From positions 33,783-97,782 of the forward strand of contig DF237105.1 in the NCBI GenBank assembly GCA_000708835.1: 64,000 nt of DNA, read 5' to 3'. The DNA comes from Klebsormidium nitens (lineage: Eukaryota; Plantae; Klebsormidiophyceae). Positions 1 through 12,510 of this stretch are shown piece by piece (position 1 is the first letter of the stretch; each line of letters begins with the position of its first letter). A program made the translations under genes and the position numbers. The notes beneath the pieces are model-generated. The model searched no databases, was not told the DNA's origin, and worked only from the letters and a program-made list of their open reading frames with translations.

Positions 1-35
1 TGAAATCCGTCTGACTCGTAACTTCTACTCCACAG

Positions 36-446
36 GCGTTGTTGCCGTCGGAGATTGAGGGGGAGACTTCCGCAGCCCTCGTGCTGGACGTCGAGAAGAG
101 CGATACGAGGTAGACCGTTAGCTTTTCCGTTCTTTTTACCCTGAGATGATTCGCGGTTTGAAGCTTGTATCGGGCTCGGGTCTGGTGCACTGTATAGTCT
201 CGTTGCAGACTATGGTCGATTCCTTGCAGAGTGCTGCCTCGTTTTCGCTGCTGCAGTGACTGGTGCGCATTCCCGCACATGCTTCGATACTGCTGGCTTT
301 ACGTTCCAGACCCAAACATTCATCTTAGGACCTGCAAGTTGGCCCTCATCGTGGAACAACCGCGGCCTGTAATTCTTGACCAGATTTTGTTTGGACAACC
401 ACGTTCCTTGCATCATTCCTTCGAGAGAAGCCCACAAATATCAAGG
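36..446 (+). CDS. Two putative exons (36-109, 230-446) of an unidentified gene entering from outside the window
   Basis: Acceptors tactccacag|36 and tccttgcag|230; donors 109|gtagac and 446|gtgaga. The phase 2 junction is consistent (R-VLPRFRCC...). The link to the 852-5019 gene is unresolved because the next acceptor at 849 starts with an in-frame TGA. Confidence 0.3.
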
Positions 447-851
447 GTGAGATGGTAAATCAAAGAATCGACGGAATGTTTGCACACTTTCGCTCTTATA
501 AGTAGGCGAGTTCGGTTCGTAGCTGCGCTATTTCTTTTTGACAAGCTGCTTGGTCTCTAGTTGCTCACATTTCCGCTACTAATTGGTCCTGACAAGGGGC
601 AATTCTCCTTCTTTGTCCGGCCTCGAAAGCTGGTATCATGATATTGCAAACCTCTTTCTTCGGGAAGGAAGAGCAAGCCAACCGTACTTACTTTTGCCCG
701 TTCTCACTTATCATTTGTAGTGCTCCACGGTCTCCAGTCGGCCATACGATCTACGCGGTCCGTCATATTGAATCTTGTTTAAGCCGTTTCTGGCAACAGT
801 CTTGTCAGCCATCACTATAACAGTCATCCTTTTTCTTGTTGTTTGCAGTGA

Positions 852-3800
852 TTCAACGCTCATCCCGCGACACTTGACGCCCCTTCCGTCCGCCGATTCG
901 GCCGCCCGCTCCTCATCCCCAGCACCAGCCGTGGATCCTCCGCGCGTGCCTCGGTTTGCCTCCCTCTGGAGCAATTCCCTGGCCGCGAATTCCTCGCTGG
1001 TGGTAACGGACGTCTTCCAATAAAAGACCCTCGGAATGGCGTCGCATTCCCCCCGAAGCTGATCTCGACTTTGTCCGGGCTTCACATCGACCCCCCCGAC
1101 TCGGTAAACCCGCCGAATCCGGGAGATGGGGATAAGGGTCATCCGGGCAGCCGGGGGAACAGCGACGTCTGGTTTACTGGTACCTCTAGTCCGGGAGTGA
1201 CATTCCCGCCCACCATGTTCGGTTCCGGACCCAGTAGCGAATCGGTGCAAAGCCTTTCGCCGCTCCGCCCCTTGCCCCTTCTCGACGAGCACAGGGCGTA
1301 TTCCCATCCGGAAGATTCCATGGTGTCATCACGCCAGGAGGCTAGGGCGGAGCAGATGTACCGCGACATGGCGCCTCTCCGGTTCGCGAACAACCGGCCC
1401 CGCAGCGATGTGAATATCCCCCAGGAGCCGCAGGTGACCAGAGCGGCGCTCGCGGCTTGCTCGTTCTCGAGCGGATTCTCGGGGGGGTCCCCCGCGAGCG
1501 CGAAGGTGTCGGGGGCCAAGTCCGCAATGGACGTATTCAGACGGTCCGAGGGGCTTAGTTTCATGCGCATGTACGGCGGATTCCGGAACGATTGCGCGGT
1601 GCGCGAGGCTCTGAGCGCACCCCGCGAGGGTGTGATTGTGCCCCGCGAAGTTGTGAATGTCCCCCGGGATGGTGTGAACGGCCCCCGCAACGGCGCCAAC
1701 ATGCCCCGCGATGGTGTGAACGTGTCTCGCGACGGGCTGAACGTGCCCCGCGATGTTGAGCTCAGCAATGGTGGTCATATTATGACAGCGTTCTCGAGGG
1801 CTCCCGACGGGTCACTTCCCAAGCAGAAGGAGGGCTCTCGGCTGAGTATGGCGTTCGAGCAAGAGCGTCGGACCGAGATGGACGGGGACACCGCCCTGCA
1901 TTTGGAGGTGAGGTCGTTTCTTCTGATTCATTGGGTTTGCCCTTGCGGGGAGGTGTCGAGCGCTTAAATTGCTGGGGAGGCGATGTAAAAACAGACGTGT
2001 TTGTTATTTCTTTTCAAGGACTCGTGAAATCTCCAAACTGGGGTTGAAGGGGGCTGTTGAGCCACCTAAAACGAGCAGAACTTTACTTACGTAGGTCAGG
2101 ACTTCGTCTGCCAACCTTCCTCTGATTTAGCAGATTCCATAAGCGGATAGTACAATCAACATCTTTCTTGTCGTTCCGCAATTCTACCGCACCCATCAAC
2201 TGTCTCTACGACGAGCGGCTTTTTTGAACCCTGACAGAATTGATTCCATCAATCCTGCGCACTTAATGGTCAACAAAGTAATGGTCAACAAAGTTCTTTC
2301 CTTTCCCAATGCTCCCAGCAGCTACTGCGCAACCTTTCACGATTTGCAGCGAGGTCCACTTCCTTCCGTAGACTCCATTCGACACATTTTGAAAACTTCC
2401 ATTGCTTGAGTGTTTCCTGTCGAGTTCCTTCCCTATTCGCAGTTCTACCGCTCCCAGCAGCTATTTCTACCGGGCAAGGCCCCCACCCGCCCTGCAGTTC
2501 ACGACCCCTGGCCTTTTAGTTTTTACCGCACATCTCATTCAACATGTAAGAGGAAGGTCGTAGGAACGGATTCTCCAGTTTTTAACATCTTACCAGCCAG
2601 TTTCGTCCCTTTTTTCCAGTTCTACCGCATCCAGCAGCTGTCCCTTACCGGTCAAGCCCCCCGTGCTTGGGTCCTGGATCTCTGCTATCTTTTCCTTCAT
2701 CTTAACTCTTATCGTAACACACCTACTCGGACAGCGCTATGATAGCGGGAGCTATATCCGACTTGTATCTCAAGGTGCTCTAACGAATCTTGATTTTGCT
2801 TCGCAGTTCTACCGGTCCCAGCAGCTGTCCCTACCGGCCAAGCCCCCCGGGCGCGCCGCAGCCTACGACCCCTGGGCTCGCAACCCGGGGTTCTATCCCG
2901 AGGCTCTGGATCATCGCTCGGACAAGGGCGATTCCATCTTCGTCGAGTTTTCGCCGCAGGACGACCTGTGCCCCAAATTGAATATCAATCAGCTGCCGGC
3001 GAAGTTCGTGGCGACGTTCCTCTTGGGGGATTCGAACCGGCCACGGTTCGAGTTGTGAGTAGTTCCTCTGAACCGGCCACGAATTGAGGACTGAGTCGCT
3101 CGTCTCAAATTCTCGTGGCGTCTTCACCGGCCAGACTTCTGGGTCCACTTTACTGGGTCCTGTGGAGGAACGCCAATCGCCCAGTGACTCGCATGTACAA
3201 GCTTCCTTGACTTTTTCTATCTTAACCTTCCCGGGCAATCCGATCGGTCGGAATCTACTAATCGACGTGCTCTTCCGGTTTGAAAAATTGGCAGGGGATG
3301 TCATATACCCAGTAAATGTGTTGCTTGTCCAAGCGTTCTTGCTTCTTTGATCGGCCGGGCTTCCAGTATGAATTACCACCCCGCTATGCTCCCAGCGAGT
3401 CGACCGGGTCAGGACTCGAGTAGTCGGTCATCTGTTCGAACCTAAGCGGATGGAATTGAATCGAATCGGTCGGAGTGTTTTCCTATAGTCTGTTTTTGAA
3501 GAATGTGAAATGACCAGGCACTGGAAAGTGACTGCGTACCTAGGGTTTGCGGAAACGCCAATATGTGTTCAGGGAATCGAGTCATGTTTTCGTTTCCGTT
3601 GGATTCTTTCGGTGCTGCCCGGTGAAAGTAGCGACTTGCCCCTTTGGTTCTTGGAGACGTAAGTTCTGTTCCACTCTCGCACTTAAGGTCCTTAAGCCTT
3701 CTCTTGAAATCTCCTTCTGAGTGGTCTTCACCTTTGTTGCGGGAAAGTAAACTCTTAGTTCCGAAATAATCATGATTCTGATTCGCGGTCTCCATCTCCT

Positions 3801-5019
3801 TGCAGCAACGCTGCACAGTATGCAAAACGGTTCTTCTCTTGCTACGGCGCCGTTTCCAAGACGCTGGTGCGCGAGAACAAGAACCACCCCCGCAAGTGGT
3901 TCGCGATCGTGGAGTTCAGCTACTGGACCAACGAGGAAGTGCGCCAGAGGTTGGTGGCTGGGGAGCAGATCCGACTCACCGACTTCTTTGGTAAGGTGCC
4001 CCGCTTTCCGTCTTCGTTCTCCTCTTCTTCCTGGTTCTTCTGGCTTTCCTCTTGCTCTTCGATTGATGAGAAATTGCGCCAAAGTCCTTGCCGTTTGGGA
4101 ACGGATTCGGTTTGCAAGCCCTCTTTGGAAGTTCCCTTCTTTGCTGCTGCTACTTTTCTACCTACTGTTTGCTTTCATCTGCTCTTTCAGAAACAAAGAA
4201 ACTGAAGGTTGACTCGGTTGGTGTTTGTTTTCGTCGATACTTATTCCTGTTTTATTCACATATTTTCTGAAATATACTGCAGACTTTTCGGAGGGGTAGT
4301 TGCACTTTACTTACAGACCGGATCTTGACTGTCAGCTTGCCCTCGTTTGGACATCGAGTCCGGATGAACGTCAGTGCGCTAATATTCAAGACTAGGGAGT
4401 CTGCTTCTTTTTCTGGAGTCTCAACCTGAACCGGTCGTTTCTTGCAGATGGCGAGGGTGTCTACGTGCAGCGCCACAAGGACAAGCAGAGCTATATGTCG
4501 CGCAACGGGTCGGGGCCTTCCAACGGTCTCCCCTGTCGCCCCGACTGGAAGTACACCGGAATTGACACGCGCCTCGGGAAGCCCCTTTACCGTGGGCCGT
4601 GTTCGATCTGCGGTCGGGAGAGCACCGTTCCCTTCAAACCGGTCGTCAACGGACAGCCCCCACGGTGCCGCACGTGCCTCCCCCAAGATGGGAACTTCGC
4701 TGCCCCGGGGGGGTACGCGCCCCAGGCGATGCCGCACCCCCGCTACGAGGACGCGCGTGTCGGAGGGCTGATGTCGATGCGCGAGGAGACGCTGCGGACG
4801 CTCAGTGTAGATCGTGGCGGGAGCGGGGTGTTCCTGTTCAGGGGACGCGAGGCCGGCCGCAGCGGACACCCCCACTACGGGATGGACCACCAGGGTTTCC
4901 GCGACATCGCCCGCGCGAACCAGAGCTTCGCCGGGGGTGAAGTCAGCAGGGCCTTTGCTGAGGCCACTAGGGGCCACGGTGTTGTCAGCAGGTTTGCCGG
5001 AAGTACGGCAGCTCGGTGA
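852..5019 (+). CDS. Spliced gene: low-complexity N-terminus, RRM-like domain, C-terminal CxxC-x18-CxxC zinc ribbon
   Basis: Exons (852)-1907, 2807-3054, 3806-3990, 4448-5019 have matching phases 0, 2, 1 and GT-AG sites. RRM-like AKRFFSCYGAVSKTLVRENKNHPRKWFAIVEF; zinc ribbon LYRGPCSICGRESTVPFKPVVNGQPPRCRTCL. Start codon uncertain. Confidence 0.7.
1610..1760 (+). repeat. 21-bp coding tandem repeat (about 7 copies of PRDGVNV-like heptapeptide)
   Basis: PREGVIV-PREVVNV-PRDGVNG-PRNGANM-PRDGVNV-SRDGLNV-PRDV in ORF 1071..1967. Confidence 0.85.
2175..2850 (+). repeat. Tandem degenerate duplications of a 3' splice site plus exon start
   Basis: cag|ttctaccg..ccagcagct at 2443, 2620 and 2807; weaker copy ttctaccgcacccatcaactgtc near 2181. 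Confidence 0.8.
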
Positions 5020-5301
5020 CGGGAATTGACGCGCGCCCCCAGCAGGGGGAATATCGCCGGATGAGCAGCCTCAGCAGTGCGGATTGAAGCTTCTCGCACC
5101 CTGTCGAGAGGGACGGTTTCGTTTCGGGGGGACTTGGCGGCTTCTCGGGGAAAGGGGCCTCGGAGGCAATGCCAAAGCGGTTTGAAGTCGGGTTGGGTGT
5201 GGAGGAGCGCCGGGAGGGGCTTTGGGGTTGGAACCCCTCGTCGAATGGAGGGGGCTTTGGGGTTGGAACGATGTCTGCTAACGGGGCAGTGGGTAAGTAT
5301 A

Positions 5302-5416
5302 GGGGGTCTTACCAGCAGTCTTACCTGGATTGAAGTCAACAAATGAATTAACATTTGATCCTGGTCGTTTATATGGGGGGTCTTACCAAACATCTTACCT
5401 GGATTGAAGTCAACAA
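5302..5416 (+). repeat. 74-bp-period direct repeat, 2 copies
   Basis: gggggtcttacca...tcttacctggattgaagtcaacaa at 5302 and 5376. Confidence 0.85.
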
Positions 5417-6225
5417 TTGATTAATATTTAATATTGGTCATTTAAAACGGGGGCCTTGCGTGAAGGCACCCCTTGCGTCTTGCGTCTTGCTTGTACAAGT
5501 CATGATGTCGGAAGCTGACTCACCGTCGGCTATCAGGATGGATGTTAATGGTCTGGTGTGGCGACCGGGCTATTTCCGAGGTGTGGGGAAGGTTTAGGGT
5601 GTTACACTTTAGGGTGTAGTGAGAGTGTTCAAATGTAATAAGTATTGTAATTACAGTAATTAATGTAAAGTATAAACGCACTGTTCAAATCTAATGTAGT
5701 ATTGATAATAATGTAATATAATGTAGTGTTCAAATCAGTAATTTTGGACCAGATTGCTTTCCGCATTCCCTTTGCACTCAAAACAAGCTGGTTGATATCC
5801 TTGTTTCGTACCTGAACTGGAAGATTTTGCAAAGGAACGCCCACTTCATTATACCTTTTGGAGGTCAGCGTTGCTTCCAATCGCGGTCCTCGGTAATGAC
5901 AATCTGCTTGCAATAGATATGAGCAAGAGTAAAAGTCATCATGACGAAGGACTCCTAAAATGCACCCTTCGATCCAATCGAAGTCTATGGTAAGTGATCG
6001 ACCCTGAAAGCGCTTATCTATACACTCCGATTCACAACTTTCGTAACCTAATCCGGATGACGTGGCAATTTGACCGGCCGGCCGGGTTACGGTTAACATG
6101 AACTTCAGTTGTATTCTCAAACCCAACAAATTTGAGGAGAACTCTATATAAGATTAAATAGCCACCGATGCGCCAGCATTTGTGCCAGTGTTGTGCCTTT
6201 CAACCCTTTGCCTTCGCCCAAGTCC

Positions 6226-6295
6226 GTGGCCGAGCTGAGCGCCTAGCGCGAGGTCGCGGGTTCGAGCCCCACTCCATGCATTTTTTTCTTTTTTG
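6226..6295 (+). other. tRNA-like Pol III box element (SINE-head-like), not a complete tRNA
   Basis: A-box-like tggccgagctg at 6227, B-box ggttcgagccc at 6259, T-run at 6281. Spacing is too short for an anticodon arm. Confidence 0.45.
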
Positions 6296-7469
6296 CATGC
6301 TTCACTTTTTGATGGGCAAAACTCGCGTGCTCGATAAATAGGTTCGTTACCAATGAATTGGGGCTGACAAGCGACTCCTAAGATTTATATTTGCAAAGCT
6401 TTTGGGCCCCCACAAAACTCCATAAGCTTTCCTTCCATTTTGTACGAGGGCCACCGGCTGTCGGGAACGGCTTTTTCAACAAAAGCCGTGGGGGCAACAC
6501 AAACAAACCTTTGTGCTTACAAATCACAATTCAAAGTGACTCCAATCCATTTGAAGTTGCCAGGACTACAGCATTACCGCATGGGGGCAACCCACAGATG
6601 GGGCAAAAATAAAGCCATTCGGCAAAAGTCATAGCATTTTACAGACATTTTTGTGCCGACCACGTCACATCACCTTTTGAGGTACTTGCACCTCAAACAT
6701 GTCTTTTTGGGAGTTGGCTAAATTTTGAAATTTATAAACCATCACTGACCGGCCTCAATCCCTTGTAGGGTTAAAAAATTTGCGTTAAAAAACTTCTGAA
6801 TCATCGGGCTGTATTCATGTTTTTAGCAACCACAAAACCATTTCCTGCAACACATCACGATGCCCACTGGATGCTACCACCCATAAAATAAGTGACTTAG
6901 GCGTTGTTGACCCGAATAAGCCCGTTTGATGCTTCCCACTCGTCGCCAACTGAAACATAACAACCTGCATGAAGGAGCGTGAAGCTTGCCTTAGTAGTCA
7001 AAAGCATACTCCCTTTCTGCCAATATGTTTCCAATAAGCCGAGACCACGTTCTAGGACAAGGGCTGGAGGTCGGAAAGGGCAGATTCGATCGTTATGGAT
7101 GTACAGGTTGGCTGCTTCCATCCCTAAAAAGGTAGTAGACTGTATATACCTCCATTATCTTCAATCCGGCATGTCTTTGACCAGCTCAACAAGATGGGAC
7201 TCAACCACAATCAAACTAGACGATGCTCATGCCGACAACAAACAAGAATTACGGTAGAGCTGATAGCACGAGAGAAACGAGGAGCGTTTCTAAGCCTGTA
7301 CCCTTTTGGCTACTGTACACACCCCAACTTTTCTTGCATGCACGCAGTGTGCTGGTGAATATAGCCAGTGTAAGAAGCTCTCAATGAAAGCAAAGTTGCC
7401 CTCCACTCTTGCCAGTATCTGGAAGCATCAAAGACAACTCTGAAGACCGGGGGGGGGGCATGCTTACCT

Positions 7470-7860
7470 TACCAGTTGCGGATGTCGTCGTGAAGCCATA
7501 GACGGCACCATGAACAGTGGCATTCGTGACTGACTAACCGCTTCCCACGATGTATGTTGACTTGCCGGCCAGGTCATAGGTGTAATTGCCGATCCGGGTG
7601 CCATTGGCGGAATAAAGGTTAGCCGAAATTGTGTTTTTATCACTAATATCTGCTCCGGCGGTTAGCACATGCATGTACAAGAGTGCGTCATTAATCCACA
7701 TTTCGTCGGCGGCGCCGAAACCATCTGAGCTAGATGTGTTTTCTTTGAACATCCCTCTCGAGTTTTCTCGCACTACGGACTGGATCGTTTTCTGAGATTT
7801 GTAAAGCCAAAGAAACGTGCACGGTTTAAAAGGATCGGACGGCTTGAAATGATACTTGAC
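7470..7860 (-). pseudogene. Fragment of an unidentified Ser/Thr-rich protein with an in-frame stop
   Basis: The frame of ORF 7534..7773 extends upstream (VKYHFKPSDPF...) and past the TAG (SVTNATVHGAVYGFTTTSAT) to a gtaag donor. Confidence 0.3.
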
Positions 7861-8233
7861 AAATCAGCATCAATGAGATGTCACGCAGCCGGTCTTTCAA
7901 ATGTTACCACCCATAAAGAACTGTTTAAGGAAAGCACAATGTATAGCTCACCATGACTTTACACCTCATCTTTTATAATCTAACCTAGCAAGGAAGCCAA
8001 ATGAGATGGCCACTCTTTAATTTAAACTTGCATGCGCACCTTCCCTGCTTCGCTCCAATCTCCTTCGGAGAGAGGCTCTTCGCTCCCCGAAGGGAATTGG
8101 ATCTTTTGCAAAACTGCGGCACGATGTTATGGTATGAGTAACTACTTTGTCAAGTGCTTCCCACCGAACCCACCAGCTCTCACAACATTTACGAGGCATG
8201 GAAAGCGCTTCTACATCGCTTGAGGGCGCTTGA

Positions 8234-9345
8234 TTGGGAGGCACCGGAGGTTGGGGTACTGATGACATGGAAGGCAAATTCCATGAGCTGCACCGCATGA
8301 TGCAGCCGGAGCGCAGCTACTCCCAAGTTCCCGAAGGATTGATGGAGCTGCTAGGGGCGCGGGCCGCCGAGCTGTACAGCAAGGCCGCCGACCAGGGCTA
8401 CGTGAGGGGGCATTGCAACCTAGGCGGGTGCTTCGAGCACGGCAGGGGCGTGGAGAAGGACTAGGCGCGCGCAGCCGAGCTGTACGCGAAGGCCGCCGAG
8501 CGGGGCTATGCGACGCCGCAGTGCAACCTGGGCTGGTGCTACCAGCACGGCAGGGGCGTGGAGAAGGACGAGGTGCGCGCTGCCGGGCTGTACGCGCAGG
8601 CCGCCGAGCAGGGCCTCGCGAGGGCGCAGTGCAACCTGGGCGTGTGCTACGAGCACGGCAAGGGCGTGGAGAAGGACGAGGCGCGCGCCGCCGGGCTGTA
8701 TGCGACGGCCGCCGACGAGGGGCAACGAGGGCACGCGGCGTGAGCTCCAATGAGCCTCGCATTGTGGTACCGACATCAAAATGCCGCTGGGCCCGGAGCA
8801 CCCGGACGTGGCGGCGTCGCTCAACAACATGGCGATCCTGCTGGCCAGCCAGGGCCTGTGCGCGAATGTGCTGCCGCTGTACGAGCGCGCCCTGCGCATC
8901 GGGGCAGGGGGCGGAGCACCCGGATTTGGTGACCACGCTGAACCACACGGCGGGCCTGCTGGAGAAGCAGGGCGAGTACGCGAAGCCGCTGCCGCTTTTT
9001 GAGCGCGCCCTGCGCGTCAGGGAGGGGGCGCTAGGGCCGGAGCACCCGCATGTCGCATCATCGCTGAACGACATGTCGGGGTTGCTAGAAAACCAGGGTA
9101 AGTCTGCAAAGGCGATGTCGCTGTACGTGCGCGCCCTCCGAATCGGGGAGAAGGCGCTGAGGCCCGGGTCACCCGGACCTGGTGACGTCGCTGAACAACA
9201 TGGCGGGTCTGCTGCCGAACAGGGGCGAGTTCGCGAAGGCCCTGCCACGTTTCGAGCGCGCTCTGCGTATCGGGCAAAAAGTGCTGGGGCCAGAGAACCC
9301 GAGTGTTGCTATATCTCGTCAGAATCTCGCCATTGCCCGACAATA
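8234..9345 (+). pseudogene. Sel1-like repeat + TPR (kinesin-light-chain type) pseudogene
   Basis: Four 108-bp Sel1 units at 8357, 8465, 8573, 8681 (AAELYxKAAxQG..AQCNLGxCYEHGxGVEKD) with TAG at 8462. About five 126-bp TPR units (LGPEHPDVAASLNNMA..LPLYERALRI) with frameshifts. Confidence 0.9.
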
Positions 9346-9589
9346 AGCGGCCAGTTTGGACGAGACAAGACAACATTATTAGAATTCGTGTTGTTGCATG
9401 CTGTGATAGCGACAGTTCAAAGGAAACACCGGTTGGCGCTCGTGCGGCTCATAGTATATATTTTCAGACATTACATGACAAGAGCAACATGGGGACGCAA
9501 GACAAGAGCGTGATGATGAACCTCGATATGGCTCCTTCCATCGGTGTATACTAGGAAGGACCACGACTCCTCAAAAAGCTCCAGACGTT

Positions 9590-9840
9590 GTCGTCTTGGG
9601 GTTTTAGGAGGGTAATATTGTCTCTGAGCAAGAACGACTACCCGTCTCATTGCTACTTTGTGATTTTACTAGGAAATCGAAGAACGCAATCGCTCGACTC
9701 GTTTGAGCTTTACCTTTTTGACGATAATCATGCTTTGCACCCCTAAAGAAGTCAATGACGCTTATGTGCGTGATTGAAAACAATTCGTTGGATAACTTGT
9801 ATTTTACGCAATACGTATGTACAAGCGGGAGCCACATGAT
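9590..9840 (-). pseudogene. Possible decayed DNA-transposon ORF fragment
   Basis: RGAKHDYRQKGKAQTSRAIAFFDFL..ETILPS loosely recalls HGN.G..K....T..A.A.L..LP segments of DDE transposon proteins; recognition is weak. Confidence 0.2.
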
Positions 9841-11914
9841 GCATTCCTACTACATCCGTCCATTACACGCCGCTACACAAACGTCGAGCAGGCTACCTGC
9901 TTGATAAATAAGTCTGCTGCAGGTCCTTGAGATTCCTTTCTCCGAGTTTCATCCCTTTATATCGAAACAACGTCAAGCACAGCAAGTTTGGGTGTCCATG
10001 GCCAATGGAAGTTTTCGATCGCGCACACTTTGTGGAAAATCGAAGTCGAACATAGTCCTGGCTCTTTATGTTGGCATAGTTACTGCAAGAAATACTTGAT
10101 TGCATTAGTCCTGGATTGCTCCCATCACGTCTCCAATACGGCCGAATAATGAGGCACTAAATGGATATCAACACGTTTTAAAGATACGTATAGACTTTTT
10201 GATGCGTGTACTACTGCGGATATTCAAAGAAATGACATATTGATTTTCCATGTGAGCTCAAGTAGTTCGGTATAATTACAGGCCCACTAACACACAGCTC
10301 AGGTTTACTCAAATCCCTTTGAGTTTTGGCAGAAAATTGCCACCTTGCTCTGATATTCCTGACTGTACATTTGCAAGATTCATAGATCTCTGACAGATGG
10401 AGTAATCTGGAAGAAGCACTATACCCAGCTTTTGGGCAACTGCAGAAACGCTTGACGGAATTCGAGCCCGCACTGAAAGCAGGGCAAGTCTGATACACAG
10501 CAACTTCAGAAGACTTCAGCGACAAAATAGTTTGGAACAATACCTCAATTTTTCCAAACAAGATCCCTTAGGGCGACTCCAGCACAAGGTTTGTCTCCAG
10601 CTGCCCCTGCCGCATCCAATTGCATCTTGACGGCGCAGCAAGTGGCTGAATCGATTTGCTGCCTGATCAACACAATGCAGGATGCCGGATGTCTGGCTCC
10701 TTGCAACAGCTAGATAAGAGTCAAGTCAGATACACTTGCACGCAGTACCTGCTGTAAACAATTGGTAATATTGCTGTATGTGGCACCTAATACCAACTGT
10801 CATGAAGATTAAACTGCAGTACCTGAATCAAAAAGCGCGGATGAAAGTTCAAAGGAGAATGAGCTGGGCGTTTCTTTATGTTCGTCAGGAAGAAACGATA
10901 TTGGTCTCCTCAAGCTTCTCATCATTTCTCAGCTGTACCCGTTTTTGAGCTGGGGGATGTGAAGTAATCCTTTTTTGGGTTTATTTTCTCGATGACTTTC
11001 ACCAACGGTTTGGTCCCCACAAGCTGCTTAGGCCCAACCTTATGAACTTTGCCTATGGAAACCTTCCCCACAAGGTCTCGCGATTTTGGTCCTGAGCGAA
11101 CAGGCGCCGTGCATTCCTTCAGGAGACCTTGCATGTGGGTCGGACTTTTCCCCAAACCTGCCCAAATGTTAATGAATACGCAAGCAGGTGTCTACAGCTT
11201 GCTGATTCTCGAGTCATTCAACCGATGCTCACTGCACAATCTCCGCCATTGAGGCTAAATTTCACAGTTCACAGGGGGCAACCTTAGGTCTTCTCTTGGT
11301 CCCGCATGATCACCGTCTTACAAACCTCTCAAACTGAAAGCAAAGGTGCACCAAGCGAATGCATGCGGCTATACTGACGGTCCTTTATGCGCATGCAAGA
11401 TCTGTCAGCTGAAGGTTTCCACATTAAACTTGTGCATGTGGGAATAAGTAAACACAAGTCACCTTGCGGAGCATCAGAATTTTACCCTAGATTGAAATCA
11501 TGTGTATTCTTGTGGGGCTTATGACCAACTAATGCGTACAATCAAAAACAGTGCGTTGGCCAAGCCAACTCAATGTCAGAATACGTTGTTGACACACGGC
11601 CAGATAAATGGATAGGGTTTGGAGTCAAACATGACACAATGTAAGCCACGTGTGACAAGCACATGCTGCATTGAAGGTGATCATGTCAGCGAACAACCCT
11701 GGCCGTACGATATCGTACGTAAACCATACCATACGCTGAGCATGACGTGACACAAATACATTATTCTTGCATTAGCAATACAGGGTCCAAATCTATTTAG
11801 CATGTGGAGCTCGGGGCTTAGTTTTGTTGCTACAAAACGTCCACGGTGGCAGCAGCGTGGCAGTATCGACGGTGGCCGTGGCGCGATCACAATTTTGATC
11901 GAATTTGACTCAAA

Positions 11915-12210
11915 ATCCGAGCCGAGCCGAGCCCGAGCCGAGCAAAATCGGACGGTTGTGAGCCCGGGCTGGCCGAAGTGCGAGGGTGTCCGAGTGTACG
12001 CGCGCAGAACGCGGAGTTTCGCGATGACCCGAAGCAGTCGTATTCACCCGGCGCTTCTGCATTAATTTTGCGAAACGCCGTCGGACGGTTGAGAGTCGGG
12101 GCTGGTCCGAAGTGCGTAAGTGTCCGTCTGTGCGCGCTGATCATGGGACGTACGGACCATTTAGAAACCGGGCTGTCCGAAGTGCGTGGATGTCCCAAAG
12201 TGCGCGCAGC
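11915..12210 (+). repeat. (ccgag)n microsatellite followed by three degenerate gggct..ccgaagtgcg..gtgtcc..gtgcgcgc repeats
   Basis: Copies near 11950-12005, 12083-12137 and 12170-12210; TE subterminal-like. Confidence 0.6.
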
Positions 12211-12510
12211 TCACGGAAGTTTGGGCCGTCTTCAATTGAAATAGCTCTATTTCATCTCGAGTAGGTGGTAGGCCCGGACGTCCTATAGCTATCATATTTG
12301 AACGCAAGTGACTGCGTTTGACCAGAAATTGTCAACAATATCGAGATTTCATCAGAGGGATGGAAGAGCAAGTCATCCATATAAGCGATACCACTTATCT
12401 GTCAAACCTTTTGCATGAGATATCGAGCCCTTGTAAGCGTTTGCTGACGATCCATGTGTCCATGAGGGGATTTTGGAAAGGACCGGTGTGCCCAGAATCT
12501 ACCAGGCAAA

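Noticed and set aside
1071-5019. Retrotransposon gag with zinc knuckle
   Set aside because: The Cys motif is CxxC-x18-CxxC, not CCHC; the gene is spliced and no RT/integrase follows
5590-5620. Interstitial telomere
   Set aside because: Only two separated tttaggg words, not an array
5629-6129. Helitron/Pif1 helicase fragment (QGRSLT)
   Set aside because: Single short word with no other helicase motifs; the ORF runs into AT-rich low-complexity sequence
6226-6295. Functional tRNA gene
   Set aside because: No anticodon arm or acceptor stem can be built; only box-like motifs are present
8211-9513. 345-aa and 366-aa Arg/Pro-rich ORFs
   Set aside because: Out-of-frame and antisense shadows of the GC-rich Sel1/TPR repeats
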